A stretch of 64,000 nt of DNA from Anthoceros angustus (taxonomy: Eukaryota > Plantae > Anthocerotophyta), in the NCBI GenBank assembly GCA_010909165.1, contig VJWM01000221.1, forward strand, positions 124,001 through 188,000, given 5' to 3'. Shown piece by piece: positions 22,664 through 33,348 of the stretch (within the stretch, counting starts at the first letter, position 1; each line of letters begins with the position of its first letter). The position numbers and the translations under genes are program-made. The notes beneath the pieces are model-generated. The model had not been told where the DNA came from, ran no database searches, and saw only the letters and a program-made list of their open reading frames with translations.

Positions 22664-23529
22664 AAAGGACTCCAATCCCCCGGGGCCGGCCCCCTGCCCC
22701 GCCTAGGCCTGGGCCTGGGACGCAGATCTCACACGCAGTGACCGCAGCACAAGCCTCTCAGCCGCGCCAGCGCTCCCTCCTGCTGCGCTCCCATGAAGCC
22801 AGGCCAGGCCCGGAATTGGGCCTGCCTCCAATCCTCCCCGTCCCGCCGGGGTCACAGCATGCGCCAGCACGCAGATCCTCGCTCCCCTGCCCCCGAGGGC
22901 GCCGATCAAACCCTGCACACCCTGCAATCCGCGGCCACCACAGGGCGTGCTGTCGCACCAATTGCTCACAATCTGAGCCCGGAGCCCGATTCCAGCGTCT
23001 CCCAGCAGGCTTCTGCTCCCACAGCTGGCCAGCAATGGCGGTCGCCGGGGTACCGTGCTGCAGTGCTGCGGGGCTCAGGGCACAACACGCACCCACAGCA
23101 CAAGAGCAATACAAAGGTGAAGAGCGGGTTTGAGGGGAGCTTTATAAGGCTCCACCTTCCCACCTGCATACTACATATACAGACCGCATGGGCTCGACAT
23201 GCGCTCTACGGAGGCCACCACACAAGGGATTTTTCAATTACCTACAATCTACAATCTACGCATGCCTACTACGTAGGTATTTCCTTGTGTAGGTAAAAAG
23301 TCGCAGCTACTTTCTGTATGGAGGCTTGCATTGCTATCACGATTCACGTCATGTGGAGTCTACCTATTTATTGAATTCGACGCCACATTTTTCCAACTTC
23401 TTCCACCCAGCATTCTGAAGCGCAAACTACCCCCGTGCCGAAGACCTTTTTCCAAATTCTACTAGACTGCAGACGCTCCAACTACCTAGAAACTATACGC
23501 TACTACGACTTGTTCTTTCAAGTTCGGTT

Positions 23530-24227
23530 TGAAAAGAGAATTGGAGGGTCCCTTCAAAGTGCTTGAAATGTATGTTTGTGTGAAAATAACCTTCAAGTAT
23601 TGAAAAACCGAATATGTATAATAATATTATCATATCAATAAACTCAAAAAATGGCAAAGCTCTGTCTTTCTTTTCACTCACATCTTAGTAGCCCCACCTA
23701 ATTTGTTTTTAGAAAGGCTCTGATTCCCACTAAGTGTGGGCAATGTACAACAAGAGATACACGATAGTACTACCACCCTCTTATTTCGACCAGATTGGAG
23801 TAAGCTAGCATAGCAAGTGTTATTCTGATGAACCCGAGACTTAGCGACTCTCTCATGTCCCCAGGAAGAGATGGAAGGACATGCTTGGAATACATGAAGA
23901 ATTGTGCCCCTTGTCACTTACCACATGTGAATCCAACAATAGATTTGCTTGCATTTGCTCCTAGAAAAGGATTTGCATGTACAGGATGTGATGATTATTG
24001 CATGTTGCTTTGTGATAGATGTAATGATGGATGGCGCATCTATTGTTTAGAACCACCATTAGAGGTAATACCAGAGGAACAATGGGTTTTGTCCTATGTG
24101 CACAACAATTGAAAAGATGTACAAAGATGAATGAGTAAGTAAATAATTGATTATCAATCGTGCTTATAAATGTGTTATTGTCCACAGATTAAGGGGGGAA
24201 TGAGGGAGAGACCCTTAAATCAGAATC
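23530..24227 (+). mobile_element. Decayed Ty3/Gypsy-like 3' end: GPF integrase tail, PHD finger, polypurine tract and TG LTR start
   Basis: RELEGPFKVLE at about 23536-23567; C..C....MLLCDRCNDGWRIYCLEPPLEVIPEEQW at about 23975-24090; AAGGGGGGAA at 24191-24200 directly followed by TG at 24201. Confidence 0.55.
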
Positions 24228-27200
24228 GCACAGGCTGGCACATTCTTGCCGTTCTCGCCTAACTGCTAGCTTTCGTGTGGCCATGGCTACAAAAATTCAC
24301 CCGGCCGCAGGCTGCCAAAGCTGCCAATTTCCTTCCAATACCGGGACGGCCGCGTTTGTCATAAGTGATCAAGGGCGGCTGGGAATTCTGTTCGGTTCGG
24401 ATGTGGGCTGCGCTTCTATGGTATATACATTCATGGCGAAGGCTGCGTAAGGCGAAGGCGAAGGCCGCAACGGCCATTGGTTGGGACATTCAGGCTATTC
24501 TAGCTTGACTGCAGGCTTTGGTATTGTTGGATGTGTTGTTTTGGTGTGGCCTACGATTTGGTATCGGCATTACAGGCGAAGGCTGCGATGCACGAGCCGG
24601 CACACTCTTGCTGTTCTCGCCTAACTGCTGGCTTTCACGTGGCCACGGCTCCAAGAATTCGTCCGGCTGCAGGCTACCAAGGTTGCCAATTTACTTCCAC
24701 TTCCGGACGGCCGTGTTTGTCAAAAGTGATCATGGGAGGCTGGGCACTTTGTTCGGTTCAGATGTGGGTTGTGCTTCTATGGCTTTGGTATGACCACGGG
24801 GCATGCTTGCTACAATAGGAGGGGCGTGCATGCTATTTGCTCAAGGCTCTATAGGGGCTGATATTTTATTTCTGGACGTTTGCTGAACCCATCTGCCTGC
24901 TGGCTGCAAGTGATGGCTCATTATATCTGTTCCAGGCTATGTATGGGCTTATCTTCTTTGCGTATACATAGGCTTAATTCTGCAGGCTACAGGCTGCAAT
25001 CTTCTATCATCGGCCTAGTGGATGCCACTGTTGGTTATATGTGTGGATGCTAAGAAATCTGGGCAAAAAGGTTGTCATTCTTTTCACGAGCCGGCACATT
25101 CAGGCTGCTCAAGCTTGACTACTGGCTTCTCAAGGCTCTGCAGCCAGTGCCGGGGTATATCCATCGAGCTAGGTCCTCTCTAAGCGCTAGGTTCAATACC
25201 ACATCGTGTGTGCCTGGCCTGCTCACATTCCAGGGACCTGCACTTACTCGGCACCAGCCTAATATTTCCTCTACGATCCTATCTTCTACATGCCAGCAAG
25301 TCTCCTTCTATCTTCCGTACACGTTTTTTTCTCTAACAGCCACCTTGGTTTGAGACTGCCCGGCCGGTGCGTGTGCGTGTGCTGCTGCGATGGCGGTGGG
25401 AATTTATTTTTCCTAGATTTTGTTGAGTTTCTTTCCAGTAGCTGGGGGATTTCCTACCCCCAGCTTTTGGTTGCGGGTTGCAGGTGCAGGAGCTTGTTTG
25501 GTGGGTCGGCAGTGGTTCTGTGGGTAAAGGTTGGGGTCGTTTTGTCTCCGGTCCCCGGTACCTCCTTGGCTCTGTCACCCTCCTACTGGCGTTTGCAGGC
25601 TCTTTTAGTGCCCTACCCAATGGGGCGGTCTACATCTTTTGTGACTGTCAAGGACACTCCGTGTCTTGTATGTGCTCAACTCTATTGCGCTATCAAGGGA
25701 GTGAAAACCCACATTGGGCACATGCATAAAGACTTCGACCAGACTACTTGGGCTGCCCAAGTGCACATTGCGACTGGGGCTCCGCAGGCGGCCCCGATCG
25801 CCTCCTAGGTGCCTCTCTCTTCCTGGGAATGGCTGCGGGGTCAGCTAGATCACATCCTTGGGATGTTTGAAACTCACTTTCCATGCCCGTGCATCTCGCA
25901 GGCTTCCCCGCCACCTTCATGATGATGCCTGTTTGGCGTTCCGTCTTCCCTTGGATCGCCTTGCGCTCGATCCCCAGGACGAGTTAGCTTGGTGCCTTCT
26001 CCTGCTTCTCCCCCGGTGGTGTCTTCGATGTACTAGGGGTGGGGCTTCTGGGCATCAAGAAGTTGTTAGCCGTCTTGGCTTTGGTGTGGTGGCTTCCCTC
26101 GGGAGGAGGCTTTGCGTGCTGCCAAGGCTCGGGCGGAATCCGCATAGCAGTTGGAATAGGTCCCGGGTAATGCAACAAACCTGCGTCGTTGCAAGTTGCT
26201 TGGCCAGGCAGGAGAATATTCTCGCGCTGCCAGGGCTCTTTGACCTATCCCCCTAGCCCCCGCTTCTGAAGAGACCATTGTTGCCCTCCGTGCCCTCCAT
26301 CCAACACCCAAGGATGCCATCCCCCTGGACATATCCGACTGTGTCCCGGAGGATCCCTTCTCCCTGGATCGGGCAGCTTTTGCTCTGGCACTTTCTACGA
26401 CCCCACGTCTTTCATCTACCGGGTTGTCAGGAATGGTGTTTGAATACCTCAAGGACCTTTTTCTCCCCGAAGATCCATCTAGTGGCTTCCCATAGCTCTT
26501 TTCTCTGGCCGCTGTGGTGGCTCGTGCTGAGACGCCTCACCGGATTTACCATGTTCTTGCAACTAGCAGGCTTGTCGCTATGGACAAGCCTGCCCTAGGC
26601 TCGGGCGTGCGCCCACTCGTGGTCGGGGATGCCTTCATGCGACTTCTCAGCCGCACTATTGCCCTTCAATGCCGCTCCTTTCTCCAGCAGCACCTCAACC
26701 CCCTACAATTTGGCATTGCCACTCTGGGGGCCTATGAGTCTGTGGTGCTTGGAGTGAAGGCATGCCTTGATACCCACCCGGAGTGGGTGGTCTTACAGGT
26801 TGATGTCGAGAACGCCTTCAATACCATCTTCGAGGAGCTTAGGGGTGCTAGCGGCGTCTTGGGGAGCCTTATACCTTTTGTCCGGTGCTTCTACGTAAGG
26901 TCCTCCAACCTCTACTACCAACACAAGAACATCTCTTCAGGATTTGCTGTCTCTGTCTTGGAATCGCCCACATGTACAAGGCAAGGCGACCCCTTAGGAG
27001 GTGCTCTCTTTGCCATTGCTCACTATAGGGCCCTATCTAGGGCCGCCTTCTCAGCACGCGAGTGTGTCTTCCCTTCGCCACCAGACGATTCTCACATCCT
27101 CGGGCCTAGGGATAAAGTCAAGGAGGCCTTTGAGCTCTTCTCTCATAAGCGTTCTTTAGTGGGCTTGAAGGTCAAGCTGTCCAAGTGCCGCGTCTGGTCT

Positions 27201-28806
27201 CCGTCGGGGATTCTACCTACTTTGCAGTTTCCTGCTGTGGAGATTGCTCCGGCCTTGGGACTACAGATTCTAGGGGTCCCCTTCGGTTCCCCTGACTTCA
27301 TTGGGAGCTTCTTGGACTAGGCTCTCGCAGAGGACCTCTCCCATGTCGAGGACCTCCCTTTGCTGGACGATACACAGGTGGCCTTTGGAGTTCTTTCCTC
27401 TTGTTTTGCTAGGCGCCCTGGTTACCTCATCCGCACGCTGCCTCCGTCCCCAACCCTTTTGTCCCGGTTGCGGCGATTTGATAGGAAGATTATGGATACT
27501 CTTGGGGACATCTTGGGCTCAGGGGCTTTTGAGCCCCCTATGGGCGATCTGGCCCGTTGGCAAGCGTTCCTTCTTGTGCAATTTGGAGGCACAGATTTGC
27601 TCTCACTGGAGGTCTCTTCCCCGGCAGCTTTCCTGGGTAGTTGGGCCCTCTCCGCCCCTACTTTGGCTTCTCGCTTCATTCTCCATGATAGGCCCTTTCT
27701 GGAGGATCTCGTATCAGGTGTGGAGGAGAGAACCTTCTCTCTCCAAACGTCCTTGAGGCAAGCTAGGGACATGTTATCAGTGGATACTCGGAAGGACTTC
27801 CCTCCTTTCTCTACATTTATTACTGATAGTTTCAGGGGGTTGCAGGCATCCCTACTGAAGAAGCAGCTCGACCAGGCTTTCAAGTCTGTTATTCAGGACC
27901 CCTCCATCCCCAGGTCCACAAGAGCACGACTCCGCTCTTGTTGGGAAGGCGAGTGTAGCTCTTGGCCCGCCCATGCATCTGAGGGTTTTCACATCGCACC
28001 AACCACCTTCACTATTGCGATGCGATTAGTCTTGGCCTTTTCGGTGGCTTCTTCGCTCCTTACTTGCAGTGCGGCTCATGATGATTACAGGGTACACCTT
28101 GCTCGTTGTCCCCGAAGTCATCGCATTACCACTCACGACGCCATCCGCGATGTCATGTTCGCCATCGCTTGTGAAAGCGGCTACATGGCCTGGAGGGAGC
28201 GGGTGTATACTCTCCGTACAGGTCGTTCAATGAGGGCTGACCTGTACCTTGTCCGTGGTGACCAGGTTTCGGTGGCAGATGTGGTGGTTACCGATCCTAC
28301 ACGTGACACCATCTCCGCTCAAGTCATCACTAACCGTCCAGGTTGGGCTGCTGCCGGAGTAGCGGCTCTTTAGGTCCGCAAATATAGCAAGATGCAAGCA
28401 GGCCACCTCTTTATTCCGCTTGCACTAGAAATGTATGGGGCAATGGCTGAGGACTTCGACAAATTTGTCAAGTCCTGTGCCAAAGCTACCATCTTGTATG
28501 AGACACGTCGGTGATCCCTCTTGTACTTCACAGCATAGTTCCGACAACGGGTTTCAATTGCCCTTCAACAGGCGCTCTCCACGGCGATCCTTCACAAGGC
28601 GGCGACAGTAGGTGACGCATCTTACTCTACCTCCGTGGTTTGCAGGCCGTTTATTCTTCCTGCATATGATATTGTGGGTGCAGTAGGTGACTTTAGGTAG
28701 GGAGCTCAGTTGCTCCTCTCCACCTCGACCCCCTGGTCCCCTCTGGTTGTCCCCTCCTGGATGGGCTCTTCCCATCGTTTTTTCACCTCAATTAACTCTC
28801 TCATTT
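24228..28806 (+). mobile_element. Apparently full-length but inactivated CRE-clade non-LTR retrotransposon, copy 2 (C2H2 finger, RT, CCHC finger/RLE)
   Basis: ORF from ATG 25620 includes CLVCAQLYCAIKGVKTHIGHMH (C2H2). RT motifs RPLVVG, LQFGIA, LQVDVENAFN, TRQGDPLG, PPDD (decayed YxDD) and ILGVPFG. RLE region HLARC..THDAIRD, RADLY, ADVVVTDPTRD, (K)VRKY, FIPLALEMYG. Stops and frameshifts are present. Flanked by the 14-bp direct repeat CTTAAATCAGAATC at 24214-24227 and 28807-28820. Confidence 0.88.
24237..24783. repeat. About 185-bp imperfect direct repeat, 362-bp period, in the 5' region of CRE copy 2
   Basis: ggcaca.tcttgc.gttctcgcctaactgct...gatgtggg.tg.gcttctatgg at 24237-24422 and 24599-24783. 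A further shared motif cattcaggct..t..agcttgact occurs near 24487 and 25097. Confidence 0.85.
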
Positions 28807-28820
28807 CTTAAATCAGAATC

Positions 28821-28975
28821 ATGATAAGAATACAAAGAGAGAATCAGAGCATTCTTGTTGATATTGTATTATTTAGAATATGATAGGTCCAATGATAAGA
28901 ATGCAAATGAGAGAATGCTATGATATTGTATTAATTCTTAAGAATATGACAAGTCTAATGAAAAGAATGGGAAAA
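28821..28975. repeat. Degenerate 62-71-bp AT-rich tandem units between CRE copies 2 and 3
   Basis: atga(t/a)aagaat at 28821, 28892 and 28958; gatattgtatta at 28860 and 28922. Confidence 0.6.
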
Positions 28976-28982
28976 TAATACT

Positions 28983-29935
28983 TTATTATAAAAAAGAGAT
29001 GGGAAAAACCCATCCACCCCAAAAACAAGGGGGGAAAAATCCAATGAAGGGCACCATGCCAGGGGGACTAGCCCCCATGATCACGCATTTCAAAACTACT
29101 AACTGACTGAAGAACTTCGTGGTCAAGGATGTGAAAAAGCCTACTTACCACTGGTCTCAAAGAAGCTGCATTTCCGTGCTCGCTGTCGTTCTATATACTG
29201 CGTTGGCCAACGCCTCGGATAAAAGCCCTCCGCCGGAAGAAAGCAACAATGGAAGAAAGAGGAAGGCCAATCCCATTCTTGCGGCTATGATAAGCCTTGG
29301 CGCAGGCCTTGACGAACCGAGAGAAATCCTAGCCCATGGTTATGTGAGTCTCGATGGCAAGGGGGACGAAGGCGCGGTCGTCCTGCATAGGAGAGTACTT
29401 GTGGACCTTATATTAGCCGTCGCGCATCCCTCCGCCGCCCAACCTAGAGGGTTAAGAATAACATGTTTGCAGACACTGTCCCGGGTGGGATCGGTTACAA
29501 CTACATCAGCTACCGAAACCTGATCCCCCCGGGTCAAAAATACATCAGCCCTAAGCGAAACCCCGTTGAGCAGGGTGTAAGGGGGCTCCCTAAATGGAAG
29601 GAACCCGACTTCCCTAGCAATAGAGAGCATGACGTCCCGAACGGTATCATGCGTAGCGATACATTGCCCACCTGCGGGACAACAAGCCAAGTGCGTCACG
29701 AAGCCATCGAAAGGGGCCCCGTTGCTGCAAGTTGAAAGAGAGCAAGCGAGAGGATGGACCAAGCTCAGGCGAAAACGCATCGCGGTGGAAAAAGTTGCTG
29801 GTGCAATGCAGAACGCTTGAATACTGGGTCGACCTAGAAGCTAGGAACCTGCCCCCTTCCCCGAGCAAGAGCGGAGACAAGCCCAAGTGGGCCTAGGAAT
29901 GGAGGAATCCTAGAGGAGGGCCAATTGTCTCTGTC
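28983..29935 (-). mobile_element. 5'-truncated CRE-clade retrotransposon, copy 3, tail-to-tail with copy 2
   Basis: Minus ORF 29340..29780: TCSNGAPFDGFVTHLACC...THDTVRD...RADVFL...ADVVVTDPTRD...GWAAEGCATAN. Aligns to copy 2 at 27890-28700. Confidence 0.85.
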
Positions 29936-30699
29936 CATACTATTTCTCTAGGAGGGACGTGTCATGACACACATGGTGTTGTGTTGATTGAGTGTTTATG
30001 TGTGGTCGGGTGTGTATGTGTCTAGCATGTATGCCCACATGTGGGCATACATGCATGTGTGAGGATGACGTATGATGGATATGCATGCAGTGATGTGCAT
30101 GTGTTCGTGTGAGGCATAAGGGTGATCAAGGGTCAAGTTTAGGCAACGAGCATTAAAGCCAAGACGGCCGCAGTTATGGCGGATTTATTGTTCGTTGAAT
30201 CCACGGGCGGCGTCGCGCGGTTTTCTAGGTGCGTGCCAAGGCACGCCAAATAAGCGTCTGTGATTCGGCAAGACAGCGCGCCAAGCGCATAGGTAGTATA
30301 AAATGGCAAGCAATCCGCATCGGTAGGCGGATTGCTGATGTTTGTTCATAGGGGCAGTCATACGGATCCCACGGTAGAGGGGTTTCTTTTCACGGTAGGA
30401 GCTGTTGGGAAAGAGGGACATACGGGTTCTGCCTAGCGTCCAAGTGAGAATGATTTTGCCATTTGCGATTTTGGCTTGGACATTGTATTTAACGGTTCAA
30501 CTTGGGCATGGGCTCTCTTGGAAAATCTTTGATTGAACGGTGCAGGAATCCCGATGTGTCATGAACGCTATGCAGCCATGGCGCGACAGACGCCTAAAGC
30601 CCCAGGAGCCCAACCTCGGGAAGCGAGGAAAGACGGCATGGCAGCCCTCGCCTCGGAGGATAAGGAGTCCCTGGCTAATCTTATCGAGGCCTGCATGGG

Positions 30700-31460
30700 A
30701 GGAGTTAGCTATAATATTGTAATAGGAGTTGTTGGTAAGCTTGAGTTTTAGTAAGAAGAAAAATAGAAAAAACCACATATTCCAAGAAGTAAAGCAAGAA
30801 AGCAGTAATACATACCATAGTGATCAGGAGATGAAGTTATTTATTCTACTACGCGGAAAGTATTAGAGACTACTAAATATGTATTATTGGACTTTAGATT
30901 CAGGTCAAAAATTGCATTCATTAAAGCATCATCGAAAAATTTCACAAGATCGTTGACAAGAGTAATGTAGGAGCTATCAGGACTCTGCCCTTTATTCAAA
31001 GCTTGAGGAGAACATCCAAGAGGACAAACACCTATAAATATGAATCTTCTACCCCAGCCGAAATAAGTCTCTGAAGATGTAGAGAGTGTGATTAGCACAT
31101 GGTGAAAGTTTTAAAATTTATAATTTAAATACAAATCTATTATTATATAGTCCTAGAAAGGTATGTTTTAACAATTACCTAAATTTGTTTGACATATTTT
31201 GTGACCAGCGTATTACTAAAATCTTCGATTGAATGAAGAGGGATAGTTTTGTTTAATGCATGGTTGGTATAGTTCAATAGATAGTTGTGTAGAAAATCAT
31301 TGTTTCCAATAGAGAAATAAAATAATGAGTTACAGATCAACTTATTTGCTACTGCGGATCCAAGTGTGGCATTGAGACGACCATTCCAAGAGGTAAAGCA
31401 AGAAAGCACTAATACATACCATAGTGATCAAGAGATGAAGTTATTTGTTCTATTACGACA
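30700..31460 (-). pseudogene. GDSL lipase pseudogene (exons 3-4, in-frame stop, truncated at both ends)
   Basis: [16 protein letters not shown] (31179..31409) and RRFIFIGVCPLGC (30841..31098, stop at VVE*), paralogous to the gene at 36095-37768. A short repeat of the exon-4 end and intron occurs at 31385-31460. Confidence 0.85.
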
Positions 31461-32202
31461 GTTGCAGCCGCTTTCCAAACTTGCATAACCAACACCACCC
31501 GCCTAGCCAAGCTAGCCGCGCACACCTAGCGCTAACAAGGCTCTTGATTTCTTTCCTGTGGACATGGTGCCTAGGATTCATTACCTTAACCACAGGCATG
31601 AGTGATTCCAATGCCCTTCTGTTGTAGGTAACACAAAACCGGCTACCAACCAGTCTTTTTCCTTTAAAAACTTGCGGGGAGAAGACTCCCTCAGACTTTC
31701 AGCTGAGATTAATACTTGTCCCCAAGTCTTACACAACATGACTTCCAAAGATAGAGGCTTGTTGCCACCATAAACCACAGAAGTCTAGTTGACCCACAAA
31801 GAAAACAATTTAGAACTCCACACATGCCCCCACCACCGGAGGGAAACTAGTAGTTTACTAGACCCCTCATGCAATCCAAACAAGGTGGATTATTGAGTGA
31901 TTTGAATTTGTGATGTAGGACAAATCTGCTGTAACAACCTCTCAAATGCTGCCCACACTCTACCCACAGAGTCACAGTGGAAGGAGTGTTGGCTTTTATG
32001 TGGAGCCCCTACTTCACACAATCTACAAGAGTTCTTCCTAGTGAGGACCAATAGTCCATCCCACCTGTCTGCATTTGGTTAGGAAGCTTGGAAGAACATC
32101 CATTCTATAACTCGGACCTCTTGAAAAAATATCTATACTGACAAATCATAAGCACTATATAGGTCAATTTATCAATAAAGAATAATTACGTTATATACAT
32201 CG

Positions 32203-32275
32203 AGAAAGAACAACACACCTTGCTCATGAAGAAAGAACAACACACCTTGCTCATCAAGAACAACACATCTTGTTT
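32203..32275. repeat. 27-bp tandem repeat, about 2.5 units
   Basis: agaaagaacaacacaccttgctcat at 32203 and 32230, then a decayed third unit. Confidence 0.8.
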
Positions 32276-32639
32276 ATGCATGAAAAGATAACTTAACTAA
32301 CACAAAAAAGCATATCTATTCACCAAGCGACGTAACAAATGGGTATTTATAAATAATTTTAAGTACCTACACGTGCCTCATCTACGGGATAGTACCTACA
32401 CCCTAAACCCTTACCATAATCCCAAAACTCTATTTCATCACTCCTACTTGTTGAATAGGGCTGTTCTGTTACCTCCGGGGGACTCAGGTGGTAAAAAAGC
32501 TCAGTGTGTCCTAGGCCAATGAAGATTGTGTGCCATGCTCACGACCTTGGGAGCCACCAGGGAGGAAAACTGTGGCATGGCTTTCGGAGTCACTGTGGCA
32601 GCCTTGCAAGGAACAAGGGTGAGGAGAAAACGTGTGGCA

Positions 32640-32780
32640 CGGCTGTGAAGACGTCTCTGGGCCAGTTTCGAGCTTCTCGCTTCGCATACATGTTCACCAA
32701 GCTGCTGAACACTCCGTCATCCATCATTCCTCTTAGAACAACCTGTACTGGAGCTGCTAGCCCAATGCATGTCCAGCAAA
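32640..32780 (-). pseudogene. Possible PLS-class PPR fragment
   Basis: QVVLRGMMDDGVFSSLVNMYAK, then frameshifted SSKLA/RDVFTAVP, resembling the LV.MYAKCG...A..VF motif. One motif only. Confidence 0.3.
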
Positions 32781-32954
32781 CGTAGCCAAAGGACTTTTGG
32801 AAGAAAAACAGGTGCTACACGAACCGAGGAATCGAGGAGAGGTGGTGCGAATTGAGCTCTAACAAGTGGTCGATGTATGCATTTTACCTATCAAACGGGT
32901 GAAGTGGAATCCTAATTTGCTTGCAATTGCGATTGCAGTTGTGATTGCTCGGCG

Positions 32955-33225
32955 ATGGCGGCCGAGAGCACTGTCGCGGCCAGAGGGACATCGGAGTCGT
33001 TGATGTTCTCCCAGACGGATGTGGAGCGAGCGGAGCAGCAGGCAGAGGGAGCTCTGGCGCATCTGAAGGCGCAGCTGCGCGTCTGGAACGGTTTGCGGAG
33101 GAGAATTCTGCGCTGAGCAAAGTGGTGAGGCAGCTGCGGAGTCGGTGTCGCACCAGGTGATGGCGCCGCTCGGGAAGGAAGCCGGGGCGGATTGTGCACA
33201 CTAACGAGTTTCTGGTGCTGCTAAG
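32955..33225 (+). pseudogene. Frameshifted 5' fragment of a URI1/RMP-like prefoldin-domain gene
   Basis: Across three frames: MAAES...DVERAEQQAEGALAHLKAQLR / FAEENSALSKVVRQL / HQVMAPLGK / GRIVHTNEFLVLL|gt. This matches the URI prefoldin signature (VMVPFGK..F.PG.lvHTNE.lVLLG). Downstream exons were not found. Confidence 0.6.
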
Positions 33226-33348
33226 GTCTGGATGCTCTTGTTATGTTAAGCAAGAGGGCTTGGGGTTGGACCACTCCGGCTGGGGCCTCTCCCTCCCTCA
33301 ACCCTTGGCTCCACCATCATCAGGCTTCGAATTCTTTTGCTCTGTCCG

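Noticed and set aside
23828-24112. Host PHD-finger gene
   Set aside because: The PHD is decayed (ligand His and terminal Cys lost), has no exon context, and is flanked by a GPF motif and PPT, which points to a TE.
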